A stretch of DNA of 64,000 bases. Origin: Mytilus trossulus (taxonomy: Eukaryota). The DNA is taken from the NCBI RefSeq assembly GCF_036588685.1, contig NC_086376.1:90995630-91059629 (forward strand), in the 5' to 3' direction. The position numbers and the translations under genes are program-made. The notes under the pieces were generated by a model. That model saw only the letters and a list, made by a program, of their open reading frames with translations. It had not been told where the DNA came from and did no database searches. The stretch's first letter is position 1; the number at the start of each line of letters is the position of its first letter. Below, piece after piece: positions 1-13,900 of the stretch.

Positions 1-2596
1 ATTCATTTTAGTCATTTCGTTAGTTGAAAAATACCTCGAATATAAATTGTTGTGAAAATTTTAAACTTAGATCTTATTTATCTTACTACACCAAGATAAT
101 TTAAAAATCGATATATTAAATCGCCACGAACTTTGATAGAAATTCCTGAACGTTAATTAAAGTTTTCGAGAAAAGAAGATGGTTAATAGTTATGATAATG
201 AAATAAATGATACATTTTTTTATTTGCAGTTGGTAAATCAAAAAGCCCATGTTTAATTTTCGTATTGCATTCAGTACACATTCAACAGTTAACTATAATA
301 TACATTTATAAATAAAATCGTTCAAATATTATGCATATAGTAATAACATATTTCATAATCTGATAAAAATCAGCAATATCATTAGAATTTGTAATGACTT
401 AAAAGACAACTTTCAGAACAAATCGTATATAAAAAATAATGAACTCAAAGGTAAATTTAAAAGGGGAAGTCCCCCTCCCCCAAAATAAATTCCAGGTACA
501 AAAGTTTTGTTCAAAGTTAATATGATTTTTTTTTTTTCTTATAAGGGTTATATCAGTATGAAGGGTCAAATGATAACGAGTCATTTTTATATATAGAATT
601 GACAAATATTATGAAACAATGTATGACATTAAAAGAAAAGCTCAGTGAAAATTTTAGAAATAGTATAGCAGTTAATGTTAAAAATTAATGTTAAAAAAAA
701 AAATGAATATAAACATATAAAATTAGGAGTCATGGATTTTCACAGTTATAGGATACAGGGATATTTTCGTTAATGGGGTGACTGTTGCTAACAATGTTTT
801 ATCAAGCTGAAAAATCTGAATATTAGCATCTAAATTATTTTCATTGACACATTATTTCACGCTAAAGCACATAATTGTCATACATTTATAAGGTGTTATA
901 TTAATTTCAGAGCATTAATCATATAATTTTTCACATGTCATATTATATGTTTTTGTTAAAGTATTTATATGCCTAAAATTCAGTCATAGAATGTATTGCT
1001 GAATTAAAACAAAATTTGACTGGAATGATATGAAAGAAGACATGTGTACCACCAAGAAAATAAAAGTTAAACAAGTAACAGTCAGTTTCCTCCTTGTGTA
1101 AGTGTTAATTGGAATTTGAGTTTCAAGGATCTTGCACTGAGTGTAATTTTTTTCATTGCTTTTTTTGTGTGTTTTATTTTTCATTTTATGTCTACTTAAC
1201 ACTCTTATTAACAAGTGCATTACGGTATAATGTTTTGTTAAGAGAAAAATAAGAAAGAAAATACTATAGGGACTAAAATTTTGAGTTGAAGGGCAGCCAA
1301 CACCACAGAAAAAGAGATATAAAATAAAATTACAAAAAAAACTAAACTCCAAGGAAAAAATCAAAACGGAAAATTCCCTAATCAAAAAGCACAATAGTCC
1401 TTATATATGAGATGATTTCACAAAAATCCAGAGAATTCGAATCTCTTTATAAAAAAGTGCGTTATAAGCATTGTAGCTTTTGTTGTAAGCTTGCTTGCTA
1501 TCTTTGGTGAGTTTAAAGTACGCAAATGGTTCCCGGAAAGAAAGTTCCTGTTCTACTGGGACATCCGTCTGGTATTTTCTCTAATCTTATGTTTGCCTCT
1601 CATGGCAATACTGTCGTGTTAGTTATGAAATTTAAACTTAGGAATTAGTTATGTATAGTTTGTTTTTTCAGAATAGATCAACCAAAAGGTCATGAGAAGC
1701 CACATAAATTTTCATAAAAAGTCAGAGGTAATCGACTGACAATTCACAAAAGGAAGGACAAGTATCGTTGTCAGTTGTGTCAAAGCAATGACTTTTGGTG
1801 CATTATCGTTTGTTTTATAATATATGAATTTAGTTTATTTACTTTTATTTGTTGAATCTTAAGTATTTGATAATTTGTTCATATTCATGCTGTAAATAAC
1901 CAACCTTAGATGTACACACAGGTGTCTAAACATTATCTACGATAACCACATATATACTTCAACAAATTAGGATCAATTTTTGACAATCTTTTTTTAGAGT
2001 ATAAATATAAAATTATTTGTAAAATAATAAGTGCTATTTTTATCATTGTTAACTGATTTATCTATTTATTTATTTGCTTGGCTGTAATAAATGCTTATTA
2101 AATGTGTGTCGTTGACCTCAATGTATGTACTTGGTATTGTTAAAAATGATATGTCTTTCATAATGTCCATTTATCATTGGTTTGAGTGAATGAATAAAAG
2201 CAGCTTTAAAAATAATATAGTGATTTTATTTATGATTTATGGGAATTTTATTAGATAATATCTAGGTTCACTGATGGTTCGGTCATCAAACTGTCCCAAT
2301 TTTACATTTATAAGGTCAAATTTAAAAGTATCGGTGTATGCGAATTTTGCTCCTTTTCTATCATATTATCAAAATTTTAATTCAATATTCTATGGTTCGA
2401 AGTTTTATTTTGGTAATTTTCGAATATCAATAAAGAATGTACGACTCGTTTACTTTCTGGCAGCTCCTGATTAATACGAAGAGTCTCTTAAATATTCGTT
2501 CACATAATTGATATTGATTTTTAAAAACTTATATGAAGCAAGAACACCTAAGATCGTCCGAAGTTATTTCATACTTTATGCAGCCCTATTAACATT

Positions 2597-2694
2597 TCGA
2601 TTCGCACGTCAATTACAAATCTTTTTTATGTAGAAGGGACGCTCGCTTTGCATACACCTCGTTTTATCCTTGTATCTATGATGATTTTATTTAG
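2597..2694 (+). mobile_element. Heavily decayed hammerhead-element (retrozyme-like) 3' end abutting the 45-bp array
   Basis: ttcgcacgtca...ttatgtagaagggacgctcgctttgcatac...atccttgtatctatgatgattttattta aligns by eye with the intact copy at 54994-55084 (ttcgagcgtcactgatgag...gtagacgaaacgcgcgtctggcgtat...cctggtttctatggtgagtttattta). The catalytic core is destroyed. Confidence 0.6.
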
Positions 2695-5657
2695 GTGTAT
2701 GTCTTGTTGTGCAGTTCTTTCTTTGTTGATTTTATTTAGGTGTATGTATTGTTGTGCAGTTCTTTCTTTGTTGATTTTATTTAGGTGTATGTCTTGTTGT
2801 GCAGTTCTTTCTATGTTGATTTTATTTAGGTGTATGTCTTGTTGTGCAGTTCTTTCTTTGTTGATTTTATTTAGGTGTATGTCTTGTTGTGCAGTTCTTT
2901 CTATGTTGATTTTATTTAGGTATATGTCTTGTTGTGCAGTTCTTTCTATGTTGATTTTATTTAGGTGTATGTCTTGTTGTGCAGTTCTTTCTATGTTGAT
3001 TTTATTTAGGTGTATGTCTTGTTGTGCAGTTCTTTCTATGTTGATTTTATTTAGGTGTATGTCTTGTTGTGCAGTTCTTTCTATGTTGATTTTATTTAGG
3101 TATATGTCTTGTTGTGCAGTTCTTTCTATGTTGATTTCATTTAGGTGTATGTCTTGTTGTGCAGTTCTTTCTATGTTGATTTTATTTAGGTGTATGTCTT
3201 GTTGTGCAGTTCTTTCTATGTTGATTTTATTTAGGTGTATGTCTTGTTGTGCAGTTCTTTCTATGTTGATTTTATTTAGGTGTATATCTTGTTGTGCAGT
3301 TCTTTCTATGTTGATTTTATTTAGGTGTATGTCTTGTTGTGCAGTTCTTTCTATGTTGATTTTATTTAGGTGTATGTCTTGTTGTGCAGTTCTTTCTATG
3401 TTGATTTTATTTAGGTGTATGTCTTGTTGTGCAGTTCTTTCTATGTTGATTTTATTTAGGTATATGTCTTGTTGTGCAGTTCTTTCTATGTTGATTTTAT
3501 TTAGGTGTATGTCTTGTTGTGCAGTTCTTTCTATGTTGATTTTATTTAGGTATATGTCTTGTTGTGCAGTTCTTTCTATGATGATTTTATTTAGGTGTAT
3601 GTCTTGTTGTGCAGTTCTTTCTATGATGATTTTATTTAGGTTTATGTCTTGTTGTGCAGTTCTTTCTATGATGATTTTATTTAGGTGTATGTCTTGTTGT
3701 GCAGTTCTTTCTATGTTGATTTTATTTAGGTGTATGTCTTGTTGTGCAGTTCTTTCTATGATGTTTTTATTTAGGTATATGTCTTGTTGTGCAGTTCTTT
3801 CTATGTTGATTTTATTTAGGTGTATGTCTTGTTGTGCAGTTCTTTCTATGTTGATTTTATTTAGGTGTATGTCTTGTTGTGCAGTTCTTTCTTTGTTGAT
3901 TTTATTTAGGTGTATGTCTTGTTGTGCAGTTCTTTCTTTGTTGATTTTATTTAGGTGTATGTCTAGTTGTGCAGTTCTTTCTATGATGATTTTATTTAGG
4001 TTTATGTCTTGTTGTGCAGTTCTTTCTATGTTGATTTTATTTAGGTGTATGTCTTGTTGTGCAGTTCTTTCTTTGTTGATTTTATTTAGGTATATGTCTT
4101 GTTGTGCAGTTCTTTCTATGTTGATTTTATTTAGGTATATGTCTTGTTGTGCAGTTCTTTCTATGTTGATTTTATTTAGGTGTATGTCTTGTTGTGCAGT
4201 TCTTTCTATGTTGATTTTATTTAGGTGTATGTCTTGTTGTGCAGTTCTTTCTATGTTGATTTTATTTAGGTGTATGTCTTGTTGTGCAGTTCTTTCTTTG
4301 TTGATTTTATTTAGGTGTATGTCTTGTTGTGCAGTTCTTTCTTTGTTGATTTTATTTAGGTGTATGTCTTGTTGTGCAGTTCTTTCTATGTTGATTTTAT
4401 TTAGGTGTATGTCTTGTTGTGCAGTTCTTTCTATGTTGATTTTATTTAGGTGTATGTCTTGTTGTGCAGTTCTTTCTTTGATGATTTTATTTAGGTGTAT
4501 GTCTTGTTGTGCAGTTCTTTCTATGATGATTTTATTTAGGTGTATGTCTTGTTGTGCAGTTCTTTCTATGATGATTTTATTTAGGTATATGTCTTGTTGT
4601 GCAGTTCTTTCTATGATGATTTTATTTAGGTATATGTCTTGTTGTGCAGTTCTTTCTATGTTGATTTTATTTAGGTGTATGTCTTGTTGTGCAGTTCTTT
4701 CTATGTTGATTTTATTTAGGTGTATGTCTTGTTGTGCAGTTCTTTCTTTGTTGATTTTATTTAGGTGTATGTCTTGTTGTGCAGTTCTTTCTATGATGAT
4801 TTTATTTAGGTGTATGTCTTGTTGTGCAGTTCTTTCTATGTTGATTTTATTTAGGTTGATGTCTTGTTGTGCAGTTCTTTCTATGATGATTTTATTAAGG
4901 TGTATATCTTGTTGTGCAGTTCTTTCTATGTTGATTTTATTTAGGTATATGTCTTGTTGTGCAGTTCTTTCTATGTTGATTTTATTTAGGTGTATGTCTT
5001 GTTGTGCAGTTCTTTCTATGATGATTTTATTTAGGTGTATGTTTTGTTGTGCAGTTCTTTCTATGATGATTTTATTTAGGTGTATGTCTTGTTGTGCAGT
5101 TCTTTCTATGATGATTTTATTTAGGTGTATGTCTTGTTGTGCAGTTCTTTCTATGATGATTTTATTTAGGTGTATGTTTTGTTGTGCAGTTCTTTCTTTG
5201 TTGATTTTATTTAGGTGTATGTCTTGTTGTGCAGTTCTTTCTATGATGATTTTATTTAGGTGTATGTCTTGTTGTGCAGTTCTTTCTATGTTGATTTTAT
5301 TTAGGTGTATGTCTTGTTGTGCAGTTCTTTCTATGATGATTTTATTTAGGTGTATGTCTTGTTGTGCAGTTCTTTCTATGTTGATTTTATTTAGGTGTAT
5401 GTCTTTTTGTGCAGTTCTTTCTATGATGATTTTATTTAGGTGTATGTCTTGTTGTGCAGTTCTTTCTATGATGATTTTATTTATGTGTATGTCTTGTTGT
5501 GCAGTTCTTTCTATGTTGATTTTATTTAGGTGTATGTCTTGTTGTGCAGTTCTTTCTATGTTGATTTTATTTAGGTTTATGTCTTGTTGTGCAGTTCTTT
5601 CTATGATGATTTTATTTAGGTGTATGTCTTGTTGTGCAGTTATTTTTATGTTGATTT
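2675..5657. repeat. 45-bp tandem satellite, about 66 copies
   Basis: Unit tctatgttgattttatttaggtgtatgtcttgttgtgcagttctt repeats head to tail with few substitutions. It produces the 15-aa periodic ORF 2648..5665. Confidence 0.98.
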
Positions 5658-7560
5658 GGATATAGCTGTTTGTCTTGTGGTGTTTTATTTTATTTTTGTC
5701 ATTGTCATTTTTGTCTGTGTTCGAAATGAGTTTGATTAAACCTTTAGTATCTTTCGCCTCCTATCTGATGCATTTAATATAGCTGGTTTACTACCTGGTT
5801 CATTAACTTCTTTCTTTACCCCCTCCCGCCTACAAAAAACCAACACAAGACTGTTAATATAAAAAAGAAGATATGTTATAGTTTATTAGTTGCATGAATA
5901 GTATATTTTGCTCCTAGTTGACAGATATAAAGAAAAGATGAAGACATCTGAAAAGTGTATGATGTACAAGAAAATTTTAGAAATGCGACAAAATTTGATT
6001 CAGAGTAGATTTAAATTTGTATAGTGATAAAAGAAACAACAGCTAATTTTATAGATATTGATTTCACATTCAGTATCAAAAATGTCAAATGCAGTTTAAA
6101 TTGCATGTTTTAGGTCGATTGCTTTTCTACCTGATTGAAGTTGCATGCTTTATTTATAAAAATCCTACTAGTTTATGTAAATATTTGTAATGTTCTCTCT
6201 TATTTATGAAAAGCGATTTATAATTATACATAAAAAGACCATATTGATTAATTTCTATAGTCTCAGGTAATATTTATAAAAATATCTGTTCCTGAATTTG
6301 CCAATCAATATTCCAAAACAATACAGAATTCCGATAATCATCATTGGCTTATTTTTTGTGACGTAGGCATTTGGAAATGACGCACAATTGTAAGCTATTT
6401 TTGGTCTTGCAGTACCAGAATACAAAAATAATATCGGACGCGATATAGATGCCAAACAAACTAATTGATAGAGATTCGGGATAAACAGTTTTAAATAACA
6501 AATCAATGAGTTTGTATCCGACAGCAGATTTACAATTCCTTTTTTAGATCAATCTGCGAAAATAGATAGCTCCAAGGCAAAAAACGTTTTCATGCAGTTC
6601 TTTTTAATTTTTCCTTGGTTCTACTGACGTATTGAGTCCGAGTTTAAAATCCGTTAACGTAATCCTCTCTCGGAGGAAACATCATTCAAAGTTAAACGAT
6701 AATCCTATAGCACGTCACTGCTTATACCATCAATAAAACAATAAAAGGATAACATGGATAAATTTTGATTAATTTCTTCCACACAATTCCTGTATATGAA
6801 TTTATTTATTGTTGTTAATCTCCAAGGTTGGGCTATTGCTTATCTTCCAAGTAGGATATTAACCTTAAACACTGATCTCAAACTAAAGGTCAATTGTCTT
6901 AAAATATATAATAGTGCTGTAACTGGTTCCCCGTCCCCAGGGACAAAAAATATGATACAAAATACATTTTGACTTTATTATACAATAAAATAACAGGCAT
7001 ACAAGAAAAAGAAAGGGGAGAGAAAATCACAGAACTGGCTCCGGATGCGATATTTTCTCACTACGCTGAAGACCGTTTGTAAGTTTTTTTCTTTCTTACC
7101 AGGTTGTTGACATATTCCCATTTTCATTTCCTACTCCATAAATGTATGTTTTTTTTTGTTTATCATCTGATACGATTACAAAAGTTAACAAGATAAGTTT
7201 CCCTAATGGACACCTCACTATTAAAAGGAAAGCTTCTTAACCAAGGTTTCTTTTTGCTACAGAGGAATAATCTGTATAATGAATGTCAAGTTACTCAATA
7301 TATGTGTCACATATCATCATGGGAAATGTAGTTTCTCTAAAGAACATGCACATCCCCCATTCCCTGTTTTAGACTGATACCAGCATAGGATAATTGTAAA
7401 TGGTGTGAACTTCGACAAAAGAATGAATTGAAACAGGAAATTTCCCCGAATCATCATAGATCACCACCGGCTTCTCTTTGGGTTGATCATTCTTTAGTTT
7501 TCTGAATAGTGATATGTCGAGAAATGTTGAAATCGTCAATTTCCTAAGTAAATTATATTT

Positions 7561-7840
7561 TTGTTTGATTTCTACATCGATTCTGCTAGACGTCCCCTTG
7601 ATGCTCCTGTTTAATTGTAACCCTCCGGATCACATAGTAGGCCTTCCAGGTTTGTTTGATTTCTACATCGATTCTGCTTGACTTCCCCTTGATGCTCCTG
7701 TTTAATTGTAACCCTCCGGATCACATAGTAGGCCGTCCAGGTTTGTTTGATTTCTACATGGATTCTGCTAGACACACCCCTTGATGTCTCCTGTATAATT
7801 GTAACCCTCTGGATCACATAGTAGACCGTCCAGGTTTGTT
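7561..7840. repeat. About 91-bp tandem repeat, 3 copies
   Basis: ttgtttgatttctacat...ggatcacatagtag..tccagg starts at 7561, 7652 and 7743. Confidence 0.92.
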
Positions 7841-9939
7841 TTCGAGTTATACTTGCTGCCTCTATCTTTTCTCACTCCAGATCATAAAGTTTCAGTTCTT
7901 ATTAACCAAGTTGTGTTTGAAGTTTCTTTGTGATAAGTATAAGTAAGTATAGTCTGAACCTGTAATACTTTAGTTAGCTTTGCCTTCTCTAGTTGTTTTA
8001 GTTAGCAAATATATACTGCATAAATTCTTACACCACGAACAATTCAGTGGTATTAATAATGTAATTATTATTTAAAATGGACCAAGAGTTGTTATGTTAG
8101 CAAGAATATATCATTCAGTTTAGACAATTCCATTTTAATATCACTAATAAATATCATGCATCTAGTCAATAGCATTGATGGTGAGACCGTCACAGTAGAA
8201 AGGTTGGAAGTTTCGAAAAGATCCTTCGTATATGTTCTCTATCTATCAGAAGTACTAGTAACACATTTAATAAAAACGTCTTAAAAAGTGTAACAGGCGG
8301 AGTAAGATATTTTTTTGTTATATTTTCTCAAATCTTAACTAGAACTTTTCAACAATGATTCACTTCATTTTTTTTTTGTAACTGATGAAAATATAATGTT
8401 GGTGTCAGATGTTTGGTGTTTATCAATGATTTTATCCCAAGTTATTTTTGTTGCACTTCAGTGTTTTTGTTTTTTTGTTGTTTTCCTCTTATAGTAGATG
8501 TGTGTCCCTAAGTTATAATTTGTGACCAGAATTTGTTCTATGAATATAAATATCCCTATTCATAAAACTCGATTCATGACTTTTGAACAGCGGCATACTT
8601 CTGTTGCTTTTAGTTATGGGCATGGATTCATCAAAAGCGATTGCATAACATACACATGTATAGTTATTGTAAACCGATCCTACTTTTAGTTGTAACCTTA
8701 AAACCTTTCATTTTACTTTCTTCGATTGTGTGTAGATAAGGCAGATGCATAGCAAATGTCACTTAATTGGACTTTTTCATGTCAGCATTTAAAAAGACAG
8801 CTGCCATGAAAATATTGTATAATTTTACTCGTGTTTGTCACAAGTCCAAATCTTATAATGCTAAATATAAATAACATTATTGTTTTATAGGAATAAAAAT
8901 GATTTCCAACAACACGCTTGATAATTTGTAGGTCAAAAGACAAGATAGCCGTACAATCTCCAACAAGGCTTGGTAAATTGCAGATGAGGTCCAGGCACCT
9001 CCCACAAAAAGCACAAAACATGAGAAAAAAAACCATAATGACTTTTAAACAAGTACTGGTCTATTTGTAAAACAGTAATACACTGTAAAGGAACAGATCA
9101 AGAGACTCTGATAATATTTTATTAGAGCAAAAATGTTATTGAGAAATGATATGGATCAGATATCAACAATGCATAGGAATTCAGAGAACAAATCAATTAC
9201 TAGCTACCTTGTTACATTAGTCCAGTTTTATCTTCAACCTTTAACAATTACAACGACGGAATTTAATCAATATTAAACCTATTACTCTGCAACTCTATAA
9301 AAAACATTAATGACATAAAACTAAAGTCGATAAGTTAACGCGGCTAAATAAGGGTAACAATTAACTATTTTAGATCTATTTCTGGGATGTCAATTAAAAT
9401 TTGCGTCGGAGACATTGCGTGAAGGGTTTTAATCTGTCAACAAATTCTCTAGGATTTAGGACAAGGATAGAAATATACTATGTTGAGTGGGAGTTCATTT
9501 GCCTTTTTCTGTAACCGTCAAATGCCATGTTGGAGATAATTAACTATACTCTAAACGAAGAATAAAAGTACAAACAATTAATTCATTGATCAATTTAAGA
9601 AATCAGATACTTTAGTTAACGGTCACGTTTTACATTAACAGTTTGTTTGAATATCTGGAGCATAAAATATCACATTGAATTAAACAAAAATATGAAGTAA
9701 CAATTTTTCCAGTATACTATCAAGAGACTTTTAAAACAATCATATGATAAAAAAAATAAATAAAAAATAAATAAATAAATATATGAATAAACCAAAAAAT
9801 ACATAAAGTTATAAAAGAATTAGTATTTACAGAATGAGTGAGAAGTAAGATCTACACATACTGAGATTGGTTATTTATTTTAACTGTTCGCTTTTCAAAC
9901 CGTTGTGATTGTAAATTCTCAATCAAAAAATATAAAAAT

Positions 9940-10740
9940 GTTACACTGCAACAAGTGTATTACGATATTTCTCCACTCGAAACAGTTAAATTCCATTATT
10001 CGAGCTCTTAAAATAACCAAAATTTAACTGTCGAGAGTGAAGAAATATCGTAATACACGAGTATTAGTGTCCGAATCTATTTGTCTAATGATTTTTATCC
10101 TTCTTTTGGAAACATTTTTAGAAACTTGTGTTATTTTAAAAATCGAGAGATCCAAATGGTGAAATTGAAATCTTCGTAAATTTTACGGACGCCATCAGTT
10201 GGTTGACCGTTATGGAATGTCGCCTTTTTCATGACGTCACAATAGGAAAATTCAGAAGAAAACAAAACATTTAGACGTCGTTGTAAGATGGTCATTGTTA
10301 TAATATTGTTCGTTTCTGTGTGTGTGTTGCATTTTAACGTTGAGTCGTTTCTGTTTTCTCTTAATTTTGAGATAAGACGTGGCACGGTACTTGTCTATCC
10401 CATATTTATGTATTTGGTTTTGATGTTATATTTGTTATTCTCGTGGTGTATTGTCTGTTGCTTGGTCCGTTTCTGTGTGCTGTTGCGTTTCGGTGTTGTG
10501 TCGTTGTTCTCCTCTTATATTTAATGCGTTTCCCTCGGTTTTGGTTTGTTGCCCCGATTTTGTTTTTTGTCCATGGATTTATGAGTTTTGAACAGCGGTA
10601 TACTACTGTTGCCTTTATTTAGACGTCATAATTAAATTTCAACTAATCATTTGCCGAAAACAAATTTTTCACTAGTGAGAAGAAATATTTTTCTCACACC
10701 GGTCAGGAAATCTGAGAATAGCACAAAAATTAGAGAATAA
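9940..10740 (+). mobile_element. Non-autonomous element with long 5' hairpin (unclassified)
   Basis: Inverted arms 9955-9992 and 10021-10058 (gtgtattacgatatttct... / ...agaaatatcgtaatacac). A partial arm copy lies at ~10673-10690. The end (attagagaata) is approximately complementary to the tatttgtctaat that follows the hairpin. Confidence 0.6.
10280..10616 (+). mobile_element. 5'-truncated retroposed repeat ending in a short hairpin, nested in the hairpin element
   Basis: Flanked by an 11-bp target-site duplication atttagacgtc (10269-10279 and 10617-10627). It ends in aacagcggtatactactgttgccttt. Other copies lie at ~8440-8610, 11598-11790, 45760-45984 and 63459-63600 (minus). Confidence 0.85.
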
Positions 10741-10864
10741 GTATTTAAATACATTACATGAGTTATCTGCACTCGCATGAGAAAAGGAAAAGGGATTGTA
10801 TTGCCATTCTTCAAACAAGCTAGAATGATATATTACTGTGGAGTAAATGTCAATTGAAGACGTC

Positions 10865-11038
10865 TACTTCTGGAGCACCTGCGATCACCCCTAGTTTTTT
10901 TTATCTGGTTCGTGTTGCTCACTGTTGTGTTTTTCTATGATGTGTTTTGTGTATTGTTGTTTGTCTGATGGTCTTTACACAGGCGTTAACAGTTTGTTTT
11001 CGACTTAGAGTCCCCTTGGTATCTTTCGCCCCTTTTTT
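10865..11038 (+). mobile_element. 3'-end fragment of Penelope-like family A
   Basis: ctggagcacctgcgatcacccctag...cgtgttgctca...cccttggtatctttcgccc matches the sequence that follows the RT tail in the 58110-58575 copy. Confidence 0.8.
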
Positions 11039-11597
11039 TGGCATACTGATGCCATTATCTGTAAAAATAGGCATTAAAGAAATACTTAAATATAGAACAG
11101 ACTACAACACGTGAAGTGATTAATATTATTCTGTTATTGAAACAGGGAAAATCAGGAGGAGCTTAGACTCCTGAATGATATTGTAATAAGCCAATATTTG
11201 AAATAAATATTTATTTATGTTGTTAAAAAAAAAAAAATAAAAAAAAATATTATTCTGTTATAGTGGCCTAGTATAACACAGACACTTTGCACACATTTGA
11301 AGAATCATTTCATGGGCATATGCAGGTATTTGTTAGATACTATGACAGGAGAAATATATGAAAGGGAAAACTAATTTGGATATCAATCAAAACACTGAGA
11401 GAAGGAACTTTATATATGGGCCATGACTATAACTGTAAATCATAAGATGGTATACTATTTAAAGACAGCGATACATTCTACAACATCTAAACATATCTTA
11501 TATCATGATGTATATTCATAAATTAGGAATAGATATTAAAAAAAGTTTTAAAACTAATTGGTCGCCATTTATACCACATATTACAGAAGTGTTTTAT

Positions 11598-11790
11598 ATA
11601 TGTTATATTTGTTATTCTCATCGGATTGTGTCTAATGCTTAGTTAGTTTTTATGTGTGTAACATTTTAATGTTGTGTCGTTGTTCTCCGCTTATAGTTAA
11701 TGCGTTTCCCTCAGTTTTAGTGTGTATCCCGGATTTGTTTCTATGGATTTATGAGTTTTGAACAGCGGTATACTACTGTTGCCTTTATTT
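11598..11790 (+). mobile_element. Second copy of the hairpin-terminated retroposed repeat
   Basis: Closely similar to ~10423-10620 and has the same 3' terminus gaacagcggtatactactgttgcctttattt. Confidence 0.85.
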
Positions 11791-13169
11791 ACTGTGAAAA
11801 ACAAACCTTGCTTATAATTTTATAAAAAGAAGATTTTGAGAGAAAAAAATCACTTTTTTACTCATTTTCTGGCGTATATACTAAATTTAGTCCTGGCATC
11901 TAAAATGATTTAATTTTCTACTTTTATCATTATTCAGCTGTTGATATGCTTTCTCATGCTTATGCTGAAGCCTATTGACTGTTTTAGATTGTTCATTGTT
12001 GTATTTAAGACTCAAGTTGATGATCTGAGGCATTTAGTCGTTGGTGTATTTAGGGCTCCAGTGTACGATATGATGATTTGCTCTTCTTTGTTGGATTGGG
12101 GGCACCGGTCAATGATCTGGCCTTGTTGTCATAAAACATTCGAGTAATTTTTTGTCCTCGTACTCGAAATTCAACCAATCAAAATGCTGGATTTCATGTT
12201 TCGAGCATGATTTTTTTGCCCCGAGCACTGAGCAAAGTTTTGTGATTTCAACCCCTGAGGCCTTTATGTTGTTGGTGTATTTCCAGTTCAGACCTATTAA
12301 ACACTTGATTTATATGACGATTTTCTATTTATAATATTGATTTGAGACAAGTGCTGCTCGAAATGGAAACAATTGTGTTTATATGATGTCACAATTATAA
12401 AAAGTAAGTATAGTATAAAATTATCAGTTAAGTGGTCTCGTCGCACAGTTTTTTTTTTATAAAATATATAAAATCTTCAATTGTGACGAAAATAAATTCC
12501 ATTTGTCGAAACCGAAATAACACATAACACAATTTCCGTATTTATAAATAGTTGAAATTTGAAATGATATGTGAACAAATGTATTGTTGAGTTATAGTCA
12601 GATAATTAAAGTTTGCGTCGGAGGTATTATGTCAATAATCACTTTATTGAGGAAACATTGATTCAATTGAGTTTCTGTTCAACTATTTATGAAAACAATG
12701 ACAGAAATGAAATGAATTGAGAAATGCGATTCCAGGGTTCTAAAGGGAACATGTAAGAACATAACTTAAATAATTTATTTTAATTGTACTTTAATGTAAC
12801 TCGTAAATTTGATGAAACACTACCGAAAACATGTTCAAAGCATAATAAGTCTATTGGTTTCGTTTACCTACCTAAAATTGACCTTGGTATTGATAACGGT
12901 CATCCATTAAATTTTTTCATTCGGCATTGGACTGCACTATAGAGTTCGACGCTTTCTATGTGTTAAAGCTCACCCGTGAGACAATTCTTTTTGGGGTCCA
13001 AAAGTGGCCAGTTTCAATACACTGTTCTTGCCCCCTTCCAACGTATCGAATGTACAGTGCCAGTCCAGCATTCAATCCAAATAGACCATTTTAAACTGAA
13101 CCTACCAATAGGAATATTTCGTGGTTGTAAATAAACTCATCATAGTTACCAGGACTACATTTTGTATAT

Positions 13170-13213
13170 ACGCCAAACGCGCGTTTCGTCTGCAAAAGAC
13201 TCATCAGTGACGC
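13170..13213 (-). ncRNA. Minimal type I hammerhead ribozyme (family 1A), GUU triplet, in element ~13122-13330
   Basis: Minus strand gcgtca-CTGATGA-gtct tttgc agac-GAAA-cgcgcg-TT-tggcgt: intact core with stems I and II and a palindromic stem III. Confidence 0.85.
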
Positions 13214-13529
13214 TTGAATCCAGAAAATTTAAAAAGGCCAAATAAAGTACGAAGTTGAAGAGCATGGAGGACCAAAATAACTAAAATTTTTGCTAAATAA
13301 ATCTACAGTAAGTTTTGCCTGAGGTAGAAAACGGTCTAATCTATAAAAATGAAAAACGAGAAACAGCTATGAACCACATCACCAGACGACAACCACTGAA
13401 CATCCGATTCCTGACTTATACTGTTTACTAATCCATCATTATTTATTATATACTTATGACGTGGATCGGAATTGTGTTACAAGCTATAATCAATTTCGAG
13501 TTCTTGTCTTTCACTTTCGCTTGATACTT

Positions 13530-13900
13530 GGTCTATCTGCCATTTTATGTTTTTTCATTAAACACTTATATGTTTTTAAAGTGATTATAATATTACAATG
13601 TTGACTTTTGTACCTCAATTTTTGACTTTTTAGATATAACGTCTGTTTGTTTTGCCCTCGCATTGTTGTCATTATGACGTAAATATATGCGGCTGTCATA
13701 TTAGAGAGATGTTTAGCTAGCTTTACAACCAGATTTAATCCTCAATTTTCTACATGAGAAGATGCCATACAAAGTGAGGAATATAAGAGTTGTTTTCCAT
13801 TTGTAAGATGTGTTTGAGTTTTTGATTCTGCAATTGTATAAAGGACTTAACGTTTGAATTTCCCTAAAAAATCGGTATTTTTGTTATTTTACTTTTTTCA
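13530..13900 (+). mobile_element. 3'-UTR/pLTR fragment of Penelope-like family B
   Basis: Colinear with 26140-26488, the 3' region downstream of the RT copy at 22813-24908. Confidence 0.75.

Noticed and set aside
2648-5665. 1005-aa Cys/Met-rich ORF
   Set aside because: Translation of a T-rich 45-bp satellite, with a non-ATG start and flanks derived from mobile-element UTRs.
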